NCBI GenBank assembly: GCA_000004985.1
Contig: GG738928.1
DNA: 64,000 nucleotides
Source: Naegleria gruberi
Taxonomy: Eukaryota
Direction: 5' to 3' (one strand)
Shown here one piece after another: positions 1-9,349 of this stretch (position 1 is its first letter; the number at the start of each line of letters is the position of its first letter). The notes beneath the pieces are model-generated. The model made no database searches. It was not told the DNA's origin and saw only the letters and a list, made by a program, of their open reading frames with translations. The position numbers and the translations under genes are program-made.

Positions 1-1192
1 AATTCTGGAGTTTATAATTAAGGTAAGGCATTTAAAAATTCAAAACATCACCATCAATTTTATCTTTAAATAGTGGATTAAATTCAGAATTGATGATTGG
101 AATTCAGCAATGTTTGATTTCCTTCATCATATAACAAAAGAATGTTTTGAATTGAAAGGATTCAAATCACTGACAGATTCTTGCATCTCACTTATTGATC
201 TTGCTCAACAATACCAAAAAGATAGCGAAACGGAATTTGAAATCAATAGGATTTTTGTGGAAATAATAGACTCTTTCAGATTGGAACAAGTTCAAAATGA
301 AAATGAAGAATATCACTCAGAGCTTAGAGACAAGAGATTGGAAACACCAGTTGACTTGATGAACGATCACAGGAAATTTGCTGCTCCAAAACCAATAATT
401 CCTATGAGCATATTCAACGACAATTTTAGTTGGTATGAATTAGATAAGATTGAAATTGCAAGGCAATTATCCCTCCGTGACTATGATTACTTTAAAGAAA
501 TTGATCCCAATGAATATTTTGAATGGATCAGACATGATAACAATCATAGTGGAAGAAGTGCTTGTAAAGCTATTATAGAAATGAAAATGATTGGCAGTTT
601 GACAATCTCCATGCTCGTGTTTTCAATTCTCAGTCAAGTAAATATCAAGGAGAGAAAAGAACTTCTTTGTAAGGTTATTGATTTGAGCTTGGAATTATTC
701 AATTTGAACAACTTTTTTGGAGTGGATTATGTGTTGCAAGCTCTACAGCATTCATCTGTGAAGAGATTGGAGCACACTTGGAAAGAAATTGATAGGAAAA
801 AGATTCAACAATATGAAAAGCTGTGCTATGATATGGAACACGATTATAGGAAAATTACAATACAGCTCGCAAGAAATAATGCAATCCTCATTCCAGTGTT
901 TATGGAACATTTCAAGGATATTCGATCTGTGGATGAAGCGTTCGAGAATGTCATTCAGGACGAGCAGGGAAATCAACTCATTCATTGGAAGAAAGTATCA
1001 TTCCTCTATTCAACCATTATTGAACCACTCTCATACAAATGTTATCCACCCTTACTCTTTCAAAAAGTTTTTCAAATCCAACAAATTCTTAAACGAGAAT
1101 ACATCCAAAACTTTAACTTTTCCTTTGAATTATTCATGAAAGATAGTTATGCAAGAGAAGGTTCTTCAACTCCAAGAAAGGATATTTTATAA
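1..1192 (+). CDS. RasGEF (Cdc25-homology) protein, 5'-partial (gene begins upstream of window); exons <1..22 and 74..1192, intron 23..73
   Basis: Frame of ORF 110..1192 stays open back to 74, which follows an AG (72-73). A GTAAGG donor sits at 23. The phase-0 join gives ...ILEFIIK/WIKFRIDDWNSAMFDF..., which looks like the end of a REM/RasGEF_N segment. Catalytic-domain motifs: IEIARQLSLRDYDYFKEIDPNEYF, NNFFGVDYVLQALQHSSVKRLEHTW, LIPVFMEHFKDIRSVDE, IHWKKVSFLYSTI. Confidence 0.8.
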
Positions 1193-1225
1193 AAGTCAAT
1201 CTATAACAATATGCCACTCAGCTCT

Positions 1226-2451
1226 TTACATGAAGGCCATCACCAACACTGTAGCACAAGTAACAACCAATAAGGAAATGATACTGTGGAGAGATTCATT
1301 ACCGTTAGCTCTAGCACTTGTGGCAGTGGTAGTATTCTTATTATTAATAGTACTGGTGGTTGGGGTGTTTCCTCCATTGTTGTTGTTATTACAGACATAG
1401 TTAGGAGTATAAATTAATTGAGTGGATTGACCATTGCATGAATCAGTGGCAGTTGTCCAATCCCTCATAATCTTTCCAGCTCTTCGAACCATTTCAAATG
1501 CAGTGCCTGGAACTTTCTTCAATTGATTCAAATCATCACTGTCCCATTTATCATTTGGTTCTCCAGTAATGAAATAACTGGATCCTTGATCAGCAAAAAT
1601 CATTCCATACTTTTTCAATGCTTTCAAAATGATCAATGATTGACCAGTGTAAGTTGATAAATCAAAAGAAGCTTTCAATCTGAATCTAGCTCCATAAGGA
1701 AGATAGGATGCATCTTTGGTTGAACCATAATGTTTGGCAGGTGGAATATAAGCTCTCTGAGCAGTTGGGAGTGTGAAACGAACTGCATGAGTGATATTAC
1801 CAGCAGCAACTTCAGAATATCTCACCAAACCAGGGAAAATTGGCAATCCAGCTGCATCAGCTGAAGTGATTGACAATTCATTTGGATAACGGAACATACT
1901 GGCATTTCTCATATTTAAATCAAATTTAGCATTGGATCCACATGTCCAAGAATCACTTCCTGCAACAGAGGCAAACATTTCATAGAGAATACAATTATCT
2001 GTATCAACTACAATAACATGTCTATATATTGAAATTCATTTAACATTTCAATAAATAGATATACTACTTACGAATCTGTTGGGCCTTCAACCTTACTATT
2101 CAATGGAATTGGTGCTGATGTGAAATCTGATTCGTCTGGAGCACCATCAGCAGAGAATTTAATTGGAACCTTAGCAACAGAATTGCCCTTAACAATATTC
2201 CAAGGAATACCTGCACTAACTGTTTGTGTTCCATCAAAATATGGACCACTGAAATCTGCCTTCAAATTACCTGAATATTTGGCAATGTAACATGAACTCA
2301 TATAGTCGACTGGGTCATTGGAAATCTCACGATTCCATTCGTCATCTGGTGGAAAGATGTTGCAATTGCCAACCTTTGGTGGATTACATGCATGGGTAAC
2401 ACTAGTAGCCAGTGTGAGAACTAGCATCACACAAATTACTTGTTTAAACAT
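1226..2451 (-). CDS. Secreted, probably GPI-anchored protein of unassigned family; exons 2097..2451 and 1226..1998, intron 1999..2096
   Basis: True ATG at 2449-2451 (the track start at 2469 is TTG) gives the signal peptide MFKQVICVMLVLTLATSVTHA. The only in-frame splice is GTAAGG (G at 2096) to ACAG (acceptor 1999-2000), giving ...APIPLNNNCILYEMFASVAG.... The C-terminus is an N/T-rich linker plus a hydrophobic tail (SLLVVTCATVLVMAFM), which resembles a GPI signal. Confidence 0.65.
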
Positions 2452-2469
2452 TTTTTTCTTCTCTAACAA

Positions 2470-2536
2470 GATCTATTAATGAATGACAGATCTGGTTATT
2501 CATAAACTTGATCTATTAATGAATGACAGATCTGGT
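2470..2536. repeat. 27-bp perfect direct repeat x2 (40-bp period) in the 5' region of the secreted-protein gene
   Basis: GATCTATTAATGAATGACAGATCTGGT occurs at 2470..2496 and identically at 2510..2536. Each copy carries two AGATCT sites. The pair lies 19-85 nt upstream of the minus-strand ATG at 2451. Confidence 0.85.
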
Positions 2537-3392
2537 CAGATTATTTCCATGAACTTTGAAAGTTGAAAAGAGATCTCCCATAAAATTTAATGATATTGCT
2601 AGGTTATCAGATGAAGAATGTAAGAACTGTTTAGATGTTGTTTCAAAAGGCTACTAGATTAACAATACTACCAAATTGAGGAGAACAAGATCATAGTTAA
2701 TGCCCAACAGGAGTAATTTGCTACTGATAATATGATGTTTAAAAGATGATGAAAGGATTCCTTCGGATTGTCTAAAATACAACAAAATCGCCAGGCTGTT
2801 TGCATAACAATATTTTCTTCAACATGGTGCCGAGTAGATGTGTAGGCTATTTTTTTTCTTAATAATTAAGAAAAAAATTATTTCTGGTTGGTTTAAAATA
2901 TAAAAATGTAACGGTAAATTTTGGAGCGTTCAACACTACAAATCAATCATCTTACTAACTTGAACTTCAATCCATTCAAGGTTCATCAATATCAATCTCT
3001 TTGATTTTCCTCAATGAACAAGGAATATCAAATTTGCGCCAAGAAACAAAACCCTTTACTGTGTCTTTCCCTTCTTCTCTAGCGTTGAACCTGCAGAACT
3101 CGCGTCCAAAAATAGCGCCCTACGAAAAATCGAAGAACAACACGAAAAGAATCAAGTGCAATGAAACGTTGAGCGGCAAATGACGATAATCCATTTAATA
3201 GTAGAAAAAAAGAAAACAACATCAAAGCCTCTCTTTCCTCATCGTTACGTACACACAAACGTTTGCGCTCGCAGCGAAATCAAATTCTCTCTTCTCAATC
3301 ATTTTTTTTTTACAGTGCTACACAACCTTCTACAAGTTCTAGGCTTGTTCCAAACAATAATTTATTAAAACCTTCTTCCAACACACAACAAA

Positions 3393-4640
3393 ATGAATGA
3401 TAATCAAATCATGATGAATTTCCAAGTTGAAGAGTTTTCAAAGAGCTTGCAAACTTTCAATAATTGTCCTGATAATGAAGATTATTCTAATAGTTTCTTA
3501 TCAATATTTTTGGGAAGTGAAACAAGAGATCAAATTATTCAAGAAATTTTGAAACATGTCAGAGTGAAAGTTGAATGTTTACCAACTGGTTTTCAAGAAA
3601 ATCAATTCTTCTCACCAGCACAGACAAAATACTCTTGTTATGTGAACGATCAAATCAGAATATCAGTTAATTTTGATGACAAATATTTAGATTCTCTTTC
3701 ACAAGGACAAAATGTTTGCGATTCAAGTAATTCACCTAATTATTTCTGTTCCATGTTAATGGAAAAGTGTAATATTCAACTTGTTTCCTTCGTTGAAGGA
3801 ACAAACTTCGAGAATACAGTCACCGAGTTGACTACAGAACTATCCAAGCTGGGAATGAATAGTGATAGCAATCAAAGAGTTGTTACTTTCCATATTCCAA
3901 GACCTCTTCAGAAAAGAGGAAAGAAAAAGGAAAGAGCCAGTTCTGTTTCAAAAAAGATTGGGTTTATTCAAGTCATCCACTCTGATTCCAAGAAGATTGT
4001 CTGTAGATCTGATAATATTTGGATACGGTCAAAATCTAGAGAGGAAATGGAAACAAAGAAAAGAAGAGCTAACAATACCCTTTCTAAAAAGGTTAAAAAG
4101 AGAAAGATCAAATCAGATAATGATGAGAATCAAGATTCTAACAAACCAGACTCTACTAAACCAGATCTTTCCAAACCATCCCTCCAAGCACCTGCTCCAG
4201 CTCCAACAACCTCCAAACCAGCTCAAGAAATTCCAGATCTCAAACCTAAACTTGAATTCCCTTTCCTTCCAGTCATGCCAACTTACTTACCTAACTTTAT
4301 GAATCCTAACCTTCTTTCAATGATTCCAGTCAATCCATGTTGTAGTCTAATTCCTGTGCAGACATATTTTGATCCTTCCCTTTCCAATCAATTCTCCACC
4401 ACTGTAAATTATTTCTGCCAAGCTAATGCTGATATTCTTGAATTAACACAACCAAACACAGATGAATTTGATTTTGATTTCGATTTTGAAAAGGGTGAGG
4501 AGCTGAAAAGTCCTCTTTCTGATATTTCATCAAAGCAATGTGAAATCAATGATAATTTATGGGGAGAGGTTTCTCCTCTTTCAGATTCAATTTTTGGTGC
4601 TGAAGATGATGTCTTTGGAGCTAACATATTTGAATTTTAA
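3393..4640 (+). CDS. Hypothetical protein, probably nuclear (basic NLS-like clusters, acidic C-terminus)
   Basis: Single 415-codon ORF from ATG 3393. Basic clusters: PLQKRGKKKERASSVSKK and ETKKRRANNTLSKKVKKRKIK. A P/S/K-rich linker is followed by the acidic tail DEFDFDFDFEKGEE. No family recognised. Confidence 0.6.
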   Translation: MNDNQIMMNFQVEEFSKSLQTFNNCPDNEDYSNSFLSIFLGSETRDQIIQEILKHVRVKVECLPTGFQENQFFSPAQTKYSCYVNDQIRISVNFDDKYLDSLSQGQNVCDSSNSPNYFCSMLMEKCNIQLVSFVEGTNFENTVTELTTELSKLGMNSDSNQRVVTFHIPRPLQKRGKKKERASSVSKKIGFIQVIHSDSKKIVCRSDNIWIRSKSREEMETKKRRANNTLSKKVKKRKIKSDNDENQDSNKPDSTKPDLSKPSLQAPAPAPTTSKPAQEIPDLKPKLEFPFLPVMPTYLPNFMNPNLLSMIPVNPCCSLIPVQTYFDPSLSNQFSTTVNYFCQANADILELTQPNTDEFDFDFDFEKGEELKSPLSDISSKQCEINDNLWGEVSPLSDSIFGAEDDVFGANIFEF

Positions 4641-4969
4641 TATTTACAAATTATTTATTTTCAATATTACAAAAACTGATAATCAATATCTGCGTTTTGA
4701 GAATAAAAATTAGATAGGATGCTTCACGCAAACAGAAGTCAGTGAAAAATGAGAGAACGTGTTTTTTCAAGAGAATTGAATAATTTTTCAGTTTTATTTG
4801 AAAACTATTAAGATTGGAGAAATCAAAAAAAACAAGAAAACGCTCTCAAATATGATAACCACCAAGATTTCAAATCTTAAAGCCAAAAAAAATAGCAATT
4901 ATCAAGAAAATTCCTACAGAAATAAAAAAAATCATATTCTTCGTTCCAATCTTTGAGTAACCTGGTAAT

Positions 4970-7828
4970 TCAATCTTCATTAATTCCAAATTGAAAGTCT
5001 TTTGAGGAACTATCTTTTGGTAGTGTGTCGAANNNNNNNNNNNNNNNNNNNNNNNNNNNNNNNNNNNNNNNNNNNNNNNNNNTTGAATATCTGAATAGGT
5101 TTGATAAAAATGTAGTATCACATGGACAACCACTGAGATTCAACTCATCCAGTGTCTGGAAGTACATGTACATAATATTAGAAAAAATTTTAGGAAATTC
5201 AATATTTGAAAGATCCAATGTTTTCAAACATGCAAATTCCTGTAAAAATGTTCTAAACGAATCACTGTAAATTGGATTGATATCTGTACTCATATCACCT
5301 GTTATATTGTTCAATTTGACATTCTCAATGGAAGGGGAATAACTCAATGAATGAGCAATTGAAAAAAGAGCAGGTGGTGACTTGTTTCCAGTGAATTTGA
5401 ATGTCTTCAGATTCTTCTTAGCTAGTAAGCTATCTCCAATTCTTTGTGTCCCTCTTTCTCCAATATCACAATGAGAAAGATCTAAATAGGTTAGATTAGG
5501 GCAGTTTTTCAATTTTTTCAAAAAATCGGCAAGATATGAGACACCGTTATCCCCAATCTTGTTGTTGCTAAAGTCTAATATTTTCAATGATGGAAAGTTA
5601 ATATAGAATGAAGAGAGATCTGATCCTGTAATCTTTGAATCATGAAATATCAAGCTCTCTATTAATGCTCTTCTAGAATAATCACTCTTAATAGAATAAA
5701 AGAATGTCTCAAAGTCTGCTCCTTTATCCTTTTCCTGATACTCGATATTCCAATGTTTGAGAATTATTGTACTAATTGGAAGGGATGATAATATTTTCGT
5801 CAAAACATCTTGGCAACCATTGAACCAACAAGTCTCCAAACATTTGCATTTAGAATATCTGCTAATCATTCCAGAAAGGAGAATGAAATTATTTCTTTCA
5901 GCCATTTCACGAAGAGTTCTGCTCATCGACTTTTGTAAATATAATTGCATCCATGCGTCTTTCATCTCCTTTAAATAGTAAGGAAGTTTTGAAATTCTCC
6001 ATTTTGAATTGCAAGCAATTTTCCATTCTTGTTCTGATGTAAGTTTTGGCAAATCTTCTAGAACTATGTGTTTTCTAAAATTTGTTGGAGGTTTTCCATG
6101 GTAGCCTTTTTGTAAACTACTCTGAATGCAGGATTTGAGTAGTTCAATAACACTATCATGAGTTTCAAATACATGGAGAGATGACATTTCATTCAGTAAC
6201 TTGAAGAAGGTTTTAAAGTCATTCATCTTTTCAATTTGGTTCAATTTTTCTATGAACGAATCTATGGATTGATAAGGCAATATTCCACAATTTTCATTCA
6301 TAAATTTAGAAATACTTTCAATAGAGTTAAAATCGGAAAAGATCTGGATAAAGTAAATGTGTAATGTGAGTTCTTTCAACCTCTTTCTGATACTTTTGAA
6401 AGAATAGGACACTCTGTCGTCATCAGTTACTTCAGCACATTGAAAATCTGCAATTTCCTTGTAGCTCTTCAAAATATTCTTAACATATCTTGTCAAGAAT
6501 TCTCTAACATAGATATCATACAAATCTTTCCAATCAAATTTTGAAAATGGAATTAGCATTACAAAGTTTAACAAATCTCCAACTTTTTCTTTTGATCTTT
6601 CTTCACTTCTAATAAAGGAATCAATAGAGCTATTAATCAATTCACTAATCTCTGGAATTTCCTTAATCGCCTCGATCATCAATCTGAAAAATCTCAAGCA
6701 AGCCATAAATGCATTGGTGGTCTTTTCTCTCTGATCAACCATTTGAAGCAAACAATTAGACATCAATCGAGGAAGAATTTCAATAACTTGTTCTGGTGAA
6801 AAATCTATCTTTTTCGAATGGGAACTGGACAAATTAGCTAATGAAGATTTGGTAACGTGAAGAACCTTCTTGATATGAATTTCATCATTTGTTTCTGTAA
6901 GGATTGGTATCCAGTGTGTAAATGAAGTTTTCTCTCTTGACATTCCTCTCACATTATAATTCATGAACGCTCTCAATGAAAGAATATCCAGAGAGCAATA
7001 TATAGAACATATTTCCAATGATTTTGCGTTTCTCTTTTTACAGTTAATTCCATAGCCAACAAGATCACTTGTTTTGGTAAAGAAGCAAACTGAATCTGAG
7101 TTGGCTAACACTTTCTCAACTTTACAATTCATTCTTTTGAAACCATCATCTTCCTCTCTAGATACAAATGGAGGAGAAGGTAAATGATTAGAATGGCCAA
7201 CTTTTCTATTAACATATGCTTTGGCATGTGACATTGACCATTCCTGAGCTGACAAGTATTCTTCCTTTTTTTCCTCAAAAGTCTTTGGATCCTGAATATT
7301 TGACAATACTCTAGTCACATCTGCTCCATCATATAAAAACGTTTGCAACTGCATCAAGATTGAATGAACAGAATAAATTGGTTTCCACTCCTCAAGAAAA
7401 TCCAAACAAATCCTATCAGAATCGACCACATTAGGATGTTCCATCCTCGTACACAATCGAATAGTGGGCGCCTCCATTGGATAATTCTCACTAAACTTGA
7501 TCACTGCATGAAAAACCACACCATCATACATGGTATCTGAATTTCCTCGAATATTTACGTGCCACATCATGAAATCCCTCTCATCATCCACCTGAAAATT
7601 CATCTCCCGATAAATATTCATTATTTTCAAATTATCGAGAGCCTTCTTCTTCTTGATCGGAGCTGGACATGCACTCACATGACTCAGTGGATTTTCTTGA
7701 ATGTATTTAAATTCGGAATATAATCTTTTCAAGGCTAAAATTGGAGAAGTTTTACAATGTTTGTAACTATTCGGATCTGAATTTGCTTTCGAACGTGCAT
7801 TGGGCTTGATCTTTTGGTGTTGAGACAT
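4970..7828 (-). CDS. Ubiquitin-conjugating (UBC/E2) domain protein with C-terminal RNI-type leucine-rich repeats; 3' end crosses the gap
   Basis: ATG at 7826-7828. The N-terminal UBC fold includes LKRLYSEFKYIQENP, MMWHVNIRG and YDGVVFHAVIKFSENYPMEAPTIRLCTRMEHPNVVDSDRICLDFLEEWKPIYSVHSILMQLQTFL, with the HPN motif and catalytic Cys present. The C-terminal ~230 aa are LRRs (LKILDFSNNKIGDNGVSYLADFLKKLKNCPNLTYLDLSHCDIGERGTQRIGDSL...). The last ~50 codons run through the N gap, so the stop at 4970 is unreliable. Confidence 0.75.
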   Translation of the reverse strand: MSQHQKIKPNARSKANSDPNSYKHCKTSPILALKRLYSEFKYIQENPLSHVSACPAPIKKKKALDNLKIMNIYREMNFQVDDERDFMMWHVNIRGNSDTMYDGVVFHAVIKFSENYPMEAPTIRLCTRMEHPNVVDSDRICLDFLEEWKPIYSVHSILMQLQTFLYDGADVTRVLSNIQDPKTFEEKKEEYLSAQEWSMSHAKAYVNRKVGHSNHLPSPPFVSREEDDGFKRMNCKVEKVLANSDSVCFFTKTSDLVGYGINCKKRNAKSLEICSIYCSLDILSLRAFMNYNVRGMSREKTSFTHWIPILTETNDEIHIKKVLHVTKSSLANLSSSHSKKIDFSPEQVIEILPRLMSNCLLQMVDQREKTTNAFMACLRFFRLMIEAIKEIPEISELINSSIDSFIRSEERSKEKVGDLLNFVMLIPFSKFDWKDLYDIYVREFLTRYVKNILKSYKEIADFQCAEVTDDDRVSYSFKSIRKRLKELTLHIYFIQIFSDFNSIESISKFMNENCGILPYQSIDSFIEKLNQIEKMNDFKTFFKLLNEMSSLHVFETHDSVIELLKSCIQSSLQKGYHGKPPTNFRKHIVLEDLPKLTSEQEWKIACNSKWRISKLPYYLKEMKDAWMQLYLQKSMSRTLREMAERNNFILLSGMISRYSKCKCLETCWFNGCQDVLTKILSSLPISTIILKHWNIEYQEKDKGADFETFFYSIKSDYSRRALIESLIFHDSKITGSDLSSFYINFPSLKILDFSNNKIGDNGVSYLADFLKKLKNCPNLTYLDLSHCDIGERGTQRIGDSLLAKKNLKTFKFTGNKSPPALFSIAHSLSYSPSIENVKLNNITGDMSTDINPIYSDSFRTFLQEFACLKTLDLSNIEFPKIFSNIMYMYFQTLDELNLSGCPCDTTFLSNLFRYSXXXXXXXXXXXXXXXXXFDTLPKDSSSKDFQFGINED
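5033..5082. other. Assembly gap (50 N)
   Basis: Run of exactly 50 n characters, inside the 3' end of the E2-LRR gene. Confidence 0.99.
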
Positions 7829-8190
7829 TTTTTTGAATGTTTTTAGCGGAAATTAAGATTTTTGAAAATTTTATAAATTGAGTTGAACTTTGAAATATAA
7901 TTGAAATGATTTTAATGGAATTTCCATCTTTACAAAAAGACACGAAAATATTGAGACGTTGGAGAGTGTCACTGTGGGTCATGATCGATGAAATTTGAAA
8001 TGGAATCTTCAAATTGTAATGTTTAAAGAGAGATGGTTTCACTAGTGAATTTTGATTTACTCTTTTTTTTCAATCTTGTTTTTTAATATTTCTGAATTTT
8101 AGGTTAAAATGAGTTTTGGCGGGAAAATAAAGATTATTCACTTGAAACTTTGTAAAATAATTTAATGTACCTTGGAAATTATTTGAAACA

Positions 8191-8901
8191 TTATTTGGAA
8201 AGACCATCTTTGAGGAGTTTTTCCATCTTTTCGTCAAATTCTTTTTGAAGTTTATCCTTGTCTTGTTGTTCTTTTCTGGTAGAAACATATCCATTGACTC
8301 CTTCACGAATTATAACTTCAGTTTCTAATAGAATAGTTTCGTCTTGTTTCACAAATTTAGATTTGAATTGAATGGAGCTTCTGTTATTTTGCAAAACATT
8401 TTCTTCAATATTTTCAAAAATCAGAATTGATTCGAATAAAGCATTTCCATTTTCATTTCTAATAATCAACTTGACATTTTTACATTCAATATTCGAAATG
8501 ATAGATAAATCCGAACAAAAACTCTTTAAAAATTCTTCATTATTAACATTTTCATCAGAAATGTTAAAAATAATTTCACAATCCTGCACAGCATCCAATT
8601 GTAAAGTGTTAATTTTGTGTGAACAATTTGATTCCAGCAAAATTTTGCTAGATTTACATTTCATCACTTCTACAAATCCTGTTGTGATGGAATTTACATT
8701 AAAAGTAATAGTAGAATCATTATTAGAATCTAGAATAATCTTCATGCATCGGGTTCCAGTTAATTTAATATTGGAATTTGTGCTGTTGGAAACATAGAGA
8801 AGATCATTTGATTGGAAGGAAGTTTCTTCTACTGTTGTATTGTTGTGAGTGATAAATTGTTGAGTTCTTCTAGCAAATGGTGATTGAGGAATAAATGTCA
8901 T
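8191..8901 (-). CDS. Possible C-CAP/cofactor C-like (TBCC/RP2-type beta-helix) domain protein
   Basis: 236-codon ORF from ATG 8899-8901. Short beta-strand repeats typical of the CARP/cofactor-C beta-helix: CMKIILDSNNDSTITFNVNSITTGFVEVMKCKSSKILLESNCSHKINTLQLDAVQDCEIIFN. The C-terminus is a charged helix. Assignment is by pattern only. Confidence 0.45.
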   Translation of the reverse strand: MTFIPQSPFARRTQQFITHNNTTVEETSFQSNDLLYVSNSTNSNIKLTGTRCMKIILDSNNDSTITFNVNSITTGFVEVMKCKSSKILLESNCSHKINTLQLDAVQDCEIIFNISDENVNNEEFLKSFCSDLSIISNIECKNVKLIIRNENGNALFESILIFENIEENVLQNNRSSIQFKSKFVKQDETILLETEVIIREGVNGYVSTRKEQQDKDKLQKEFDEKMEKLLKDGLSK

Positions 8902-9088
8902 TTTTTTTTAACTGCTCGAAAGTTGACAGCTTTAATGACAAGTTTATTTTCTATTTAAAATCAATTGATTTCCTCAAGTTAAATGAAGGATTTGTCACTA
9001 AATCATACTTTTCATTCAAAGGTAAAATGAACAAATAGATTTGCCGACTAATTTGGAAGTAATAGCGTCTTAGTTTTTACTCATAGTT

Positions 9089-9167
9089 GACAAGCGCATA
9101 GCTCAGTCGGGAGAGCAGCAGACCCATAAGCTGCAGGTCAGAGGTTCAATTCCTCTTGTTGTTTGTC
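9089..9167 (+). tRNA. tRNA-like gene with CAU anticodon and aberrant acceptor stem (possible pseudogene or tRNA-derived element)
   Basis: Pol III A box TAGCTCAGTCGGGAGAGC and B box GGTTCAATTCC are present. D arm is GCTC/GAGC, anticodon loop CCCATAA, T arm AGAGG/CCTCT, with a T-run at 9168..9171. The canonical 7-bp acceptor (9092-9098 with 9157-9163) has G:G and C:T mismatches, and 31:39 is A:G. The flanks instead form a 10-bp helix with one bulged T (9089-9098 with 9157-9167). Confidence 0.45.
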
Positions 9168-9349
9168 TTTTCTCAATCTAGTTCTTCGATCTTTCAATAA
9201 ACATAAAGGGAATTTTGCAACTAAAGATTAAACTCCAATTAAAGGAAAAACAACGCTGGTTTACTAATAATTCTAACAAAATGATTTATTTAACATTCCA
9301 ATATGTTAGGATTCAGAATCAATTTCATAATAACAATCCTTGTCTCTTC

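Noticed and set aside
4870-5270. Track ORFs 4870..5133 and 5025..5270 containing runs of X.
   Set aside because: They are translated across the 50-N gap, so the frame relationship across a gap of arbitrary size is meaningless.
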